From: a virus
Taxonomy: Duplodnaviria; Caudoviricetes
Virus record (IMG/VR): IMGVR_UViG_3300030108_005279
Coordinates: 1 to 61,567 of that record
Strand: one strand, 5' to 3'
DNA: 61,567 nt
Made by a program: the position numbers and the translations under genes. Every line of letters starts with the position of its first letter. Position 1 is the stretch's first letter. The notes beneath the pieces were generated by a model. It did not search any database and was not told the DNA's origin. It saw only the letters and a list, made by a program, of their open reading frames with translations. This document shows positions 37,026 to 47,700 of this stretch, in pieces.

Positions 37026-37415
37026 TTAATCTACAATTACACCATAGTTAAAATCACAATCATGCAGATTTCCAAAAGCAGCACCACCCTGTCCAATATT
37101 AGGTGTCATTACTTGTGCTGTAGTATTGGTTGCATATAAATTAGCATTGTCTGAATATGAATTATTAAATGCATCAGCATCATAAGAAGTTGAAACTGCA
37201 CCAGATGGTTTATCCAAAGTTACACTAAAATTTACTATGTATTGACCAGTCGCATTATCAGTTACAGATGTAACGTTGTAACTGTTCGTGATTGCCGGTC
37301 CTGTTCGTTGAGCATAATTCCACCAAACTTTTACACGTCCTGAGAATAACTGCGCGGTCGTTGAACTAAAAGAAGTAGTTTTGTCTTGTATTTCGTTAAC
37401 TTGAACTGTTGACAT
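37026..37415 (-). CDS. Small fibre-tip-like protein, paralog 1
   Basis: GRVKVWWNYAQR...SYNVTSVTD...LHDCDFNYG. Confidence 0.75.
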   Translation of the reverse strand: MSTVQVNEIQDKTTSFSSTTAQLFSGRVKVWWNYAQRTGPAITNSYNVTSVTDNATGQYIVNFSVTLDKPSGAVSTSYDADAFNNSYSDNANLYATNTTAQVMTPNIGQGGAAFGNLHDCDFNYGVIVD

Positions 37416-37421
37416 AATTAA

Positions 37422-37832
37422 TTAAGCAAAAATTGAACAACAACAGATGGCTGAATCGGCTCTTACGTTAGAATTATCAATATTAAAAAATATTAGTGGT
37501 AATTGACTTGAAGTTGGTGTGCCATGAATAAACATCATTAAGTGATGAGTAGAAACAGCAGTTCCGTCCTGTCCGCATACAGCAGCATAATTACCTGTTT
37601 CAGTTCCAGATTCGTTTCTTATAACATTTGTAAAATTAAGTGTTGTATTTCCAGAACCCTCATCAGTTATAGAAGATATATTATAAGATTGATTGATTGT
37701 TTGTGTACCTTGTTGATTAAATCTTATAGATGCTCTACATAATTGACCTCTAGTAGTACCTCCAGAATCTTGAAAAAGTGGAGGAACGTTTGCTGTTACG
37801 CTCTTAATTGTGCCTACGTTTAATGTGCTCAT
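37422..37832 (-). CDS. Small fibre-tip-like protein, diverged member
   Basis: MSTLNVGTIKS...CRASIRFN...SYNISSITDEGSG. Confidence 0.7.
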   Translation of the reverse strand: MSTLNVGTIKSVTANVPPLFQDSGGTTRGQLCRASIRFNQQGTQTINQSYNISSITDEGSGNTTLNFTNVIRNESGTETGNYAAVCGQDGTAVSTHHLMMFIHGTPTSSQLPLIFFNIDNSNVRADSAICCCSIFA

Positions 37833-38149
37833 GGTTTTGGATTTGCGTCTTTAACGGCTTTTATGTGAGTTGCCCACGTTCCAGTTGTATCTAATTTACC
37901 CGCGAGCATATCTTTGTACAACATATCAAGTTGATCTCCAAAAGAAGCGTAAACAGTAGAACCATCAGTTGTTCTATCTGTCTTGTACTTGACCGCAAGT
38001 GCTTCAGCGTCAAGTGTTGCTCTTGCACTATCTATATCAGATTGAATAAGAGTTACTTGCGTACCATTTTCTTTAAATGCACCTGTATCGTCATTTATAT
38101 ACACTACTTCTGGATATGCTTTTAATATTGCTTCGTGATCTAAATTCAT
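37829..38149 (-). CDS. Tail fibre assembly-like protein
   Basis: YKTDR...YASFGDQLDMLY...W..HIKAVKDANPKP. Confidence 0.65.
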   Translation of the reverse strand: MNLDHEAILKAYPEVVYINDDTGAFKENGTQVTLIQSDIDSARATLDAEALAVKYKTDRTTDGSTVYASFGDQLDMLYKDMLAGKLDTTGTWATHIKAVKDANPKP

Positions 38150-38655
38150 GCTGACACCTCCATCGCTGTTAAATTCATAGTTTGTGGCATATCAGAAGTT
38201 CTGCCACCTACTATAACATTTCCAAAACTTGAACTATAATGTCTAACTTGATATTTATAATTTATTTGACTTGTTGTATTTGGACTATCTAAAAAATGTG
38301 CAGAATGGCTAAAAAGACCAGAGACTTCAGCACCGTTATGTAATTGGTTTGTCATACTAACACTCGGGTGGTCGGATGGGCGAGTTGTTGTACCACCTAC
38401 TATTCTTGCTAATGAGAATAATCCAGCATCAGATGTACTAGTATGTTGAAGTGTTAGATTAACAAGAATCAAAATTTTACTAGAAGAACTTAGTGGTGTT
38501 ATGTTTAAGCTTAAACCTGATATGTCTTGATAAGTTGTAGAATTTGTTGTTGTTTTATTAGAAGTGTGAGCAGATACAACTTGAATAACCCCACCACCAG
38601 CACCTGTCGCTACACCCGCTACTGGAATTATACTGTTAACTTTAAGTTGACTCAT
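38146..38655 (-). CDS. Small fibre-associated protein
   Basis: MSQLKVNSI...GGVIQVV...ITP.SSSSKILI...LDSPNTTS.I.YK.Q...LTAMEVSA; CTAAATA at 38691-38697. Confidence 0.7.
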   Translation of the reverse strand: MSQLKVNSIIPVAGVATGAGGGVIQVVSAHTSNKTTTNSTTYQDISGLSLNITPLSSSSKILILVNLTLQHTSTSDAGLFSLARIVGGTTTRPSDHPSVSMTNQLHNGAEVSGLFSHSAHFLDSPNTTSQINYKYQVRHYSSSFGNVIVGGRTSDMPQTMNLTAMEVSA

Positions 38656-38700
38656 AGTTTTAAATATTCGTCCTTAGTTCAATGTAATTATATTTAGACA

Positions 38701-41700
38701 TCATATTATAGTAAAGGTTGATCCAGAACCAATAGTGAAAGTAACACCAGTGTTGATAGTATACGGTCCAAACACACCACCATTGACTGCAGCACCTCCA
38801 TCAGCAGGGAATGATGTGGTGGTATCAAGTGATGTTGGGTTCTGGAAGAAGCGATTTGCATGAACTGAACCTGCAACTTCAAGTTCTGCTCTTGGTGCAG
38901 TAATATTGGATGAAATACCGACTTTAAAGTTAGAATCACCAGTAACCCAACGACCTGTATTACAACCAATTGCTAACTGTTTGCTACCTGTTGCTGATGC
39001 AACATCTACACCAGATCCGATAGAGACATTAAAGCAACCAGTGGTATTATTTTTACTTGTATAAAATCCTAAAAATGTATTACATGCACCACTTGTAGTG
39101 CACTTACCTGCAGCAGTGCCGAGGAACACGTTACCAGTTGCACTACAATTACAGAAACCTGCATTAGTTCCAATGAAGACATTGCAGGTTCCAGATGTTA
39201 AACATTGACCAGCATAAGTTCCAAGTACAGCATTACAAGAACCACTTGTAAGTTTACAACCAGCTTTATGTCCAATCGTAATATTCAAAGAACCAGTTAT
39301 GGCAGATGTACCACGCATTGCACACTTTCCTATAGCAATGTTATTCGAACCAGAGCAGATACAATATCCAGCATAAAATCCCAATATAACATTACTATGG
39401 GCACCATATGCATTAATAACAGCTTGTTTTCCTATAACAACATTATTGTCTCCTGTTCCTGCAGATGCATTGTCACCCCTAAATGCACATAGACCGATTG
39501 CAATGTTGCCTTCTCCTGTTGTCATACATCTTGCAGCGTTCGAACCAACTATGGTATTACCACCAGAAGCAGCAAACCTTCCCGCGAAAGATCCAATTAA
39601 AGTATTTTGAGTCTGAGTTGATAACTGCATACCAGCTTCATGTCCAAAAATTGCATTTAACTCACCTTGAGTAATATCACAACCTGATGATGAACCAACC
39701 ACTACATTATCACGAGCTGATGTTAAACTTAATAAGGCACAATTACCGATGGCAATGTTAAGGAAACAAGTAGCAACACCAGTTCCAATTGCCTTGTGTC
39801 CAATCGCAATACTTCTGGTTGCTTCAGTGGCATTTTGTCCTGCATAACGTCCCAAAAATATATTACAAGCACCACTTGTCATTGCCTTACCAGCACATGA
39901 ACCGAAGAAAATATTACTGCAACCATTAGATCCGTCAAGATTACATCCGGAGCAGGTGTTAGATGCAAATAAGTTTAGATCAGCGTCTGCTGATAATCCA
40001 CCTAAAGAACTACCGTCTGCCTTGGCAAAGTTTGCTGCTGTAATAACTCCAGTTACACATGCACCACCCGCAACAGTTAATTTTGAAAGTAAAGTTGTAG
40101 TTCCGATACCAACATTAAAGGAATTATCACCAGTAACCCACATTGTAGTTCCGGCACCAACTGCCAATTGTGTATCACCAGTTGCTGATGGAAGACAAAC
40201 AGCACAACCAATCGCAATATTCCTTGAACCTGTTGTGTTATTTCTACCTGCAGCGTTACCAAAAAAGATGTTGAAACAACCAGTTGTTATGCATTGCCCT
40301 GCCACTGAACCCATTATGTTATTGTATGATGCTGATGTTGCCTTTTGACCTGCATACATACCAATTGCTACGTTTTGATCACCAGTGAACGTTGCAAGTG
40401 CTAATGCACAGTGTCCCAAACCAACATTCTTATCACCAGTAGTGATACATTGCATGGTGTACTTACCGATGGCAATATTTCTCTCTCCACTGCTCAAACA
40501 TTTCATTGTTATATTACCAATCGCAATGTTGTCATCACCAGCACTACAGTTCATTGCATTACAACCGATGGCAATATTCCTATCACCTGATACACATCTT
40601 CCTGCCTTCTCACCAATAGCAATATTACAACTACTTGATGTTGTGCACTTTTCAAGTGCATAAGAACCAAGTGCAATATTTTTGTTTCCAGATGTTAAAC
40701 ATTTTAGAGAATACGCACCTAATGTGATGTTATTACTTCCTGTCACTGCAGCACATCGCAATGAATTACTACCGATTGCAATATTTTCACTTCCAGTTGT
40801 TACTTGACATCCAGCATAGAAACCGATCGCTATATTGCTATCACCACAAGATTTAAATCCTGCACCCTGACCTAAAAATATCCTCCTATTTCCTGCAGCT
40901 CCACACTGACCAGCAGAGAGACCAAATATCACATTGTAGCAACCAGATGTATTACATTTAGCAGCTGCGTATCCTCCAAAGATATTAGTTTTTCCTGATG
41001 TGGTAAATTCACCAGCCTTATCACCCAAGATTATATTGCGATCACCAGCATTTATCGATTTACCAGCATTACAACCAAGTAGTATGTTGAAGCAAGAGTC
41101 AGAGTCAAGTGCAGCACCTGCACCATCACCAGCGACCAAGTTTGCCTCAGAGTCTTGTGAGAATCCACCAAGTGAACTACCGTCTGCCTTTGCGAAGTTT
41201 GTTGCTGTGATAACACCACTCACACAAGCATCACCGGCAACACTTAATCTTGAACTTGGATTTGTGGTTCCGATACCAACCATAAATTCAGAGTTACCAT
41301 CAATCCAATGATTGTTGTATTTACCAATTGCAAGTTGACAATTACCATTTGTGATCGCAGGATTAACATTACATCCAATTATCACATTATTAGAACCACT
41401 ATTTACAGCCGCACCCGATGCTCTTCCTAATATGACATTAAAAGATCCTGAAGTTATACTTTGTCCAGCAGATGAACCCAAGACGACATTACTACCACCA
41501 GTAATTGTGTTATTAACTCCCGCATATTTACCTATGAAAATATTTTCTTCTCCTGAGGTCGTTCCCTTCCCTGCCTTTAAACCAATCGTAATATTATCGG
41601 ATCCAGTTACGGTGCCATTTCCTAAAGAGCATGAACCAAAAGCAATATTTCTTGATCCAGAAGTATTATTTTTACCAGCACATTGACCAATAAAAATACT

Positions 41701-44700
41701 ATCAGTAGAAGAAGCAAGTTTATAACCACCACAAGTACCAAGTACTATATTATGAGTTCCTCCTGATATTTCTTTTCCTGCACGACATCCTATGAGAACA
41801 TTACATCCACCACCTGCTATTTCTTGACCAGCATGATTACCAAGAATAACATTATCTTTACCTGTGAAAGTAGATTGACAAGCAGCACAATCACCTATGA
41901 CTATGTTACAGCATGCAGAGGTCATATTCTTTCCAGCATGCAGACCCATGATTACGTTTTTATGTCCTGTAACAGTTGCATTAGCAGCCGCATACGATCC
42001 CAAGAAGACATTATCATCACCACCATTAATAGAACATCCTGCTTCTGTACCCATAATAACGTTGCGGTCACCAATGTCAGTGTTTTGAGATGCAGGTCTT
42101 AGTCCACCTATTACAATATTTCTATTACCTGTTTGGTTGGAGCATCCTGCATTGCATCCACCTAAAATAATATTTTGATAACCAGATGTAACTGCCTTAC
42201 CAGAACAGGCACCTAAGAAAAGGTTGAAGCAACCAGAGGAACCATCAAGATTAGCACCAGCCTGAGTTCCGGCAACTAAGTTCTCATCTGCGTCTGCAGA
42301 AAATCCACCAAGTGAACTACCATCTGCTTTCGCAAAGTTTGTTGCTGTGATGACACCAACAACTAACGCATCACCAACAAGATGTACTTTAGATGAGGGA
42401 TTCGTAGTTCCAATACCAACTAATTCACCAGCACCAAATGGAGCAACTTGAATCGTTCCGTCTGCATTTACATCAAAACTTGGTATTCCACTGATGTCGT
42501 TGACTGCGAAGATTGAACCTGATGAAAGATTATTTGTAACTGAGAATAATTGACCTTCACTTCCCTCTACATTGAAGGCAACTGTATCAGTTGTTGCTGT
42601 TCCTGTGCTGACATGTAATTTTGCTGCTGGATTTGTTGTTCCAATACCAACACATGATAGTGTATGAATACCAACATCTGTTGATACGAAAGGACTACTA
42701 CCACCAGCACTAATACCAGTTAGACATGAACCATCACCACAGAATTTAGTTGCGATGAAGATTCCACCAGAATTCATCGCCTTAATCGTAGATCCTGCTA
42801 GACATACATTATAAGAACTATCACCACAGATCCAACGATTTGATCCACATCCTATTGCTAATTGAGTGCTTGATGTTGCTGAAGATGCACAAACTGCTCT
42901 ACCAATCAAGGTATTATTATCACCTGTGGTAGTGGTTGATCCAGTATATGATCCAATGAAGATATTTTGAGTACCAGTCGTGACCGTATGTCCAGATTGA
43001 TAACCTATGGAAATGTTTAAGGTTCCAGTGTTGCTTGAAAATGTACCACCCTGTAATGCACACTGACCTAATGCAATATTAAATCCACCAGTGCATCTAA
43101 GTTTTCCAGCATATCTTCCCATGAAGATGTTACCATTACCAGAGATTAAGCAATGACCAGCACTAGTGCCCATGAAGATATTACATTCACCACTTACACT
43201 ACATTTTCCTGCAGCACAACCAATTGCTACGTTACTACTTCCAGTTACTGCTGCAGAACTCATCGCAGCATTACCAATGGCAACATTAAAACCGCCAGAT
43301 GTAAAAGCCTCAAGAGCTTTTCTACCAATAGCAATATTACATACCCCAGTATTGTTGGAGGCAGTGGATGACCCCTTTCCTGCATATTTTCCAATAAAGA
43401 CGTTTGCATGTCCAATAGCAAAACCACCCGTATAATCACCTAAGTATACGTTGCTACTTCCAGTTAGCATATGGTCACCAGCAAGATATCCTAAAACAAG
43501 GTTTTTCGAACCTGTGGTTAGGCATCCAGCAGCTCTACAACCCATGACAATATTATGTTGTCTACTGGATGAGTTACCTGCACATGCACCCATTGCAAAT
43601 CCACCAATAGCAATATTCTTTACACCGCAGGTGTCCTGCTGTCCTGCCATCTCACCAATATAGACATTACCATCACCAGATTCATGACATTCACCAGCAT
43701 AATATCCCATGAAGGCGTTACTATTAGCACCTTGTAGTTTCCGACCTGCATTGAGACCAAATACAGTATTATAATCACCTGTGGTAATACAACAACCTGC
43801 ACGTCTACCCATTGCAATATTGTTATGACCAGATGTCATTGCATTACCAGCATTACAACCTAATAAGATATTATTATCACCTGTCATAACAGCACATGCT
43901 GCTGCTTTATGTCCTATTGCTATGGTTCCGCTTCCAGTAAACCCAGATTTCGATGCAGAACCACAACCTATGATTACGTTATTATCTCCGGTGCTATACT
44001 TACCAGTTTCCCTACCAATATTGACGTTAGCACTTGAATCTGTGGTATGCTGACCAGCTTCAAGTCCAATACGAATATTATCAGAACCAGAAGTTGTACA
44101 TCTTCCTGCGTGTTTTCCTATTGCAACGTTACGAGCACCAGTTACTGTACCATCTGACATTGCATACACACCTATCGCAACATTGCAACTACCAGATGTC
44201 ATTGCATTACCAGCACTATGACCAAGTAAAACATTATGATCACCTGAATTTAACGCTGCACCAGAGTTGCAACCAAGCATAATGTTGAAGCAAGTATCCG
44301 AATCAGCTGCTGCACCAGCACCTGTTCCTGCGATTAAGTTTCCTTCTGAATCTTGTGAGAATCCACCTAAAGAACTGCCATCTGCTTTCGCAAAGTTTGT
44401 TGCTGTGATGACTCCACTAACACAAGCGTCACCAGCAACACTTAATCTTGAACTTGGATTTGTGGTTCCGATACCAACATTAAAATCACAGTTACCAGAA
44501 ATCCAATTGGTATTACCAGCACCAACTGCCAATTGATCATTACCAGTCGCTGATGGTAGTTCAACGTTACAACCAATAGCAATGTTATTAAATCCCGTGG
44601 TTGTAGTATTACCTGCACACGTACCAAGGAAGATATTATCTTTACCTGAGGTAATGTTCAGAGCTGCTCTACATCCTATACCGATGTTTTTATCACCAGT

Positions 44701-47700
44701 AGTAGTGCCAGTTCCAAAGGAATATCGACCTATTGCAACATTATAACTACCACTTGTTAGATTTTGAAAAGATACAGCACCTAATCCGATATTATGATCT
44801 CCTGTCACAGTTCCAAGAGAAGCAGTAAATGTTCCCATGAAAATATTGCAACAAGCAGTGGTTAAATTCTGAGCGATATTCTTTCCTATAGCTATATTGC
44901 TCTTTCCTGATGTTACTTTTCTCAGAGAAAAATATCCAATTGCCGTGTTACAACCACCAGTTGTAACGCCACATTGCATTGCTTTATGACCAATTGCAAC
45001 ATTGCAACCACCAGTGGACAATTTATTGGCTGCCATGCAACCTAAGGCAATATTGGAAGAACCAGAAGAAATAGTGAACATTGCATCCATTCCTATTGCA
45101 ATGTTAGTTTGCCCAGTATTATCTGAAACAGTACTACTACCAAGTAATGAACATAATCCCAACGCAATATTATAATTACCTTTTATACATTTACCAGCAC
45201 AGGTTCCTATGAAGATTGATTTAGTTATACTGGTTGAACAATATGCTGCATTTTTTCCGATTATAATATTTTCAGAACCATTACCACTATACATGGTTCT
45301 TGTACCAAGAATAACATTACAACTTCCAGATGTAACACCTGATCCACTACATTCACCTAATATAATATTTGCAGCACCAGCACATATGTAAGCACCTGCT
45401 TCATGTCCTAATAAAAGGTTATCTGCTCCTGTAACTTTATTACCAGCACGACCTCCAATTGTTATGTTTCTGCTACCCGTTGAGTTACTACATCCAGTTC
45501 TATCACCGATCGCAATATTGTAACCTCCGGAGGTTATACTGTCACCTGCTTGACAACCTATTAAAATATTTTGGTCACCGGCATTTAATGCTGCACCAGC
45601 ATTGCAACCAAGCATAATATTGAAGCAAGTATCCGAATCAGCTGCTGCACCAGCACCTGTTCCAGCGATTAAGTTACCTTGTGAGTCTTGTGAGAATCCA
45701 CCTAAAGAACTACCGTCTGCCTTCGCAAAGTTTGCTGCGGTGATGACACCACTGACACAAGCGTCACCAGCAATACTTAATCTTGAACTTGGGTTCGTGG
45801 TTCCAATACCAACCATAAAGTCAGAGGTACCAGTAATCCAACTAGTTGCTGCGACACCAATCGCTAATTGATGATCTCCAGTTGCAGATGGAACTGTTGC
45901 ACCGTGACCTATCAGAATATTACTACTACCAGAGGTTAAAGATTTACCTGCACAAGTTCCTATTGTTATATTAGAATCACCAGTGACATCAGCAGATCCT
46001 AATGACAAACAACCAATCGAGATGTTGTTAGTACCACTTGATAGTAAATGAGATGAACATCTACCTATTGCGATATTATCATCACCAGTTATAGATCCGC
46101 ACCAACCGGCACAAAAACCCATAATAATATTAGCATCACCAGAACAAATATTTCCAGCACGAGGACCAAACATAGAGTTGTAACAACCAGTCGTACCTCC
46201 TGTGCCACCTGCTAAATATCCAAATCCCTGATTTTGATTACCAGTGATTGCATTGAAAGCACCAGCTTGATCACCAACGAAACTATTCTTCGTACCAGTG
46301 GTAACATCTCTACCTGCGTCTCTACCAACAAATGTATTACACCCTCCACTTATAGCACATTTTCCAGCGTATCTTCCTATTGCAATAATATCCTGAAAAT
46401 AAACACCATCAGCACCACCCATTCCTGCGTGTTCACCAATCGCTATTGCCCTGAGACCACGGTTTTTCATTCCAGCACTATTTCCTATAAAGATTTGGCA
46501 ACAACCAGTTTGACTACATTTACCGGCATTCATACCGATCATGACATTCATGCATCCGACACTGCTTTGATGTCCGGCGTCAATACCAATAAATACGTTC
46601 TTATTTCCTGTGGTTAAGTGATATCCGGCACAGACACCAATGACAAGATTGGCACAACCTGTATTTGAAGCAGTATTAGCACTACCTACAAGTTTACCTA
46701 TGTAAATACTATCACAAGCACCATCAACAGATTTACCAGCTTGAGTACCTATTATAAGATTACGGTCTCCATAAGTTAGGTCACAACCTGAACAGTTACC
46801 TAATAAGACATTTTCGCATCCACTACTACCTAAATTATTACCAGCACAAGTTCCAGCAAATAAGTTTTCTTTTGAGTCTGGTTCGAATCCACCAAGTGAA
46901 CTACCATCTGCTTTTGCAAAGTTTGTTGCGGTGATGACTCCACTAACACATGCATCACCGGCAACACTAAGTCTTGAACTTGGGTTCGTGGTTCCAATAC
47001 CAACCATAAAGTCAGAGGTACCAGTGATCCAACGATTTGTCTCATAACCGATTGCTAATTGGCAATGACCAGTTATTGATGGGAGTTTTACACAACGACC
47101 TATGGCTATGTTACCACAACCAGTTGTTGTGGTACATCCTGCATATGATCCTAAAAATACATTATTATAACCGGTAGTTATGTCTTGTCCGGTATAATAT
47201 CCCATCATGACGTTAAATCGTCCAGTTGTGATATTTCTTCCTGATGCTTGTCCTACAAAAGCGTTTGCTCCAGCACTATGATTCTCACAACCACAACCAG
47301 ATCTTCTACCTATGAAAACATTACTAAATGCTGTCGCACCACGTTTACCAGCATACTCACCAATCGCGATGTTCGCAGCACCAGATGTCCCACAACGTAA
47401 AGCTTCACTACCCAAAGCAACATTGTGAGCACCAGAGTTAGAACTTACTGTAGAACTACCTTGAAGTGCGTGACATCCAATTGCAATCTCTGAATAAGCA
47501 CATCTACATCTTCCAGCATATACACCAATATAAACAGAATTGTGAACAGCTGTATTTTGACCGGCATACTGACCTAACGCAACGACATCAATACCAGTTC
47601 CAGAGGAAAATGCCCCCTTACCAATCGCAATACTCTTTCCTGTAGTTGTAGCTGTAGAACCAGCAAGACATCCAATAAATACGTTGTCTTCACCTGAAGA

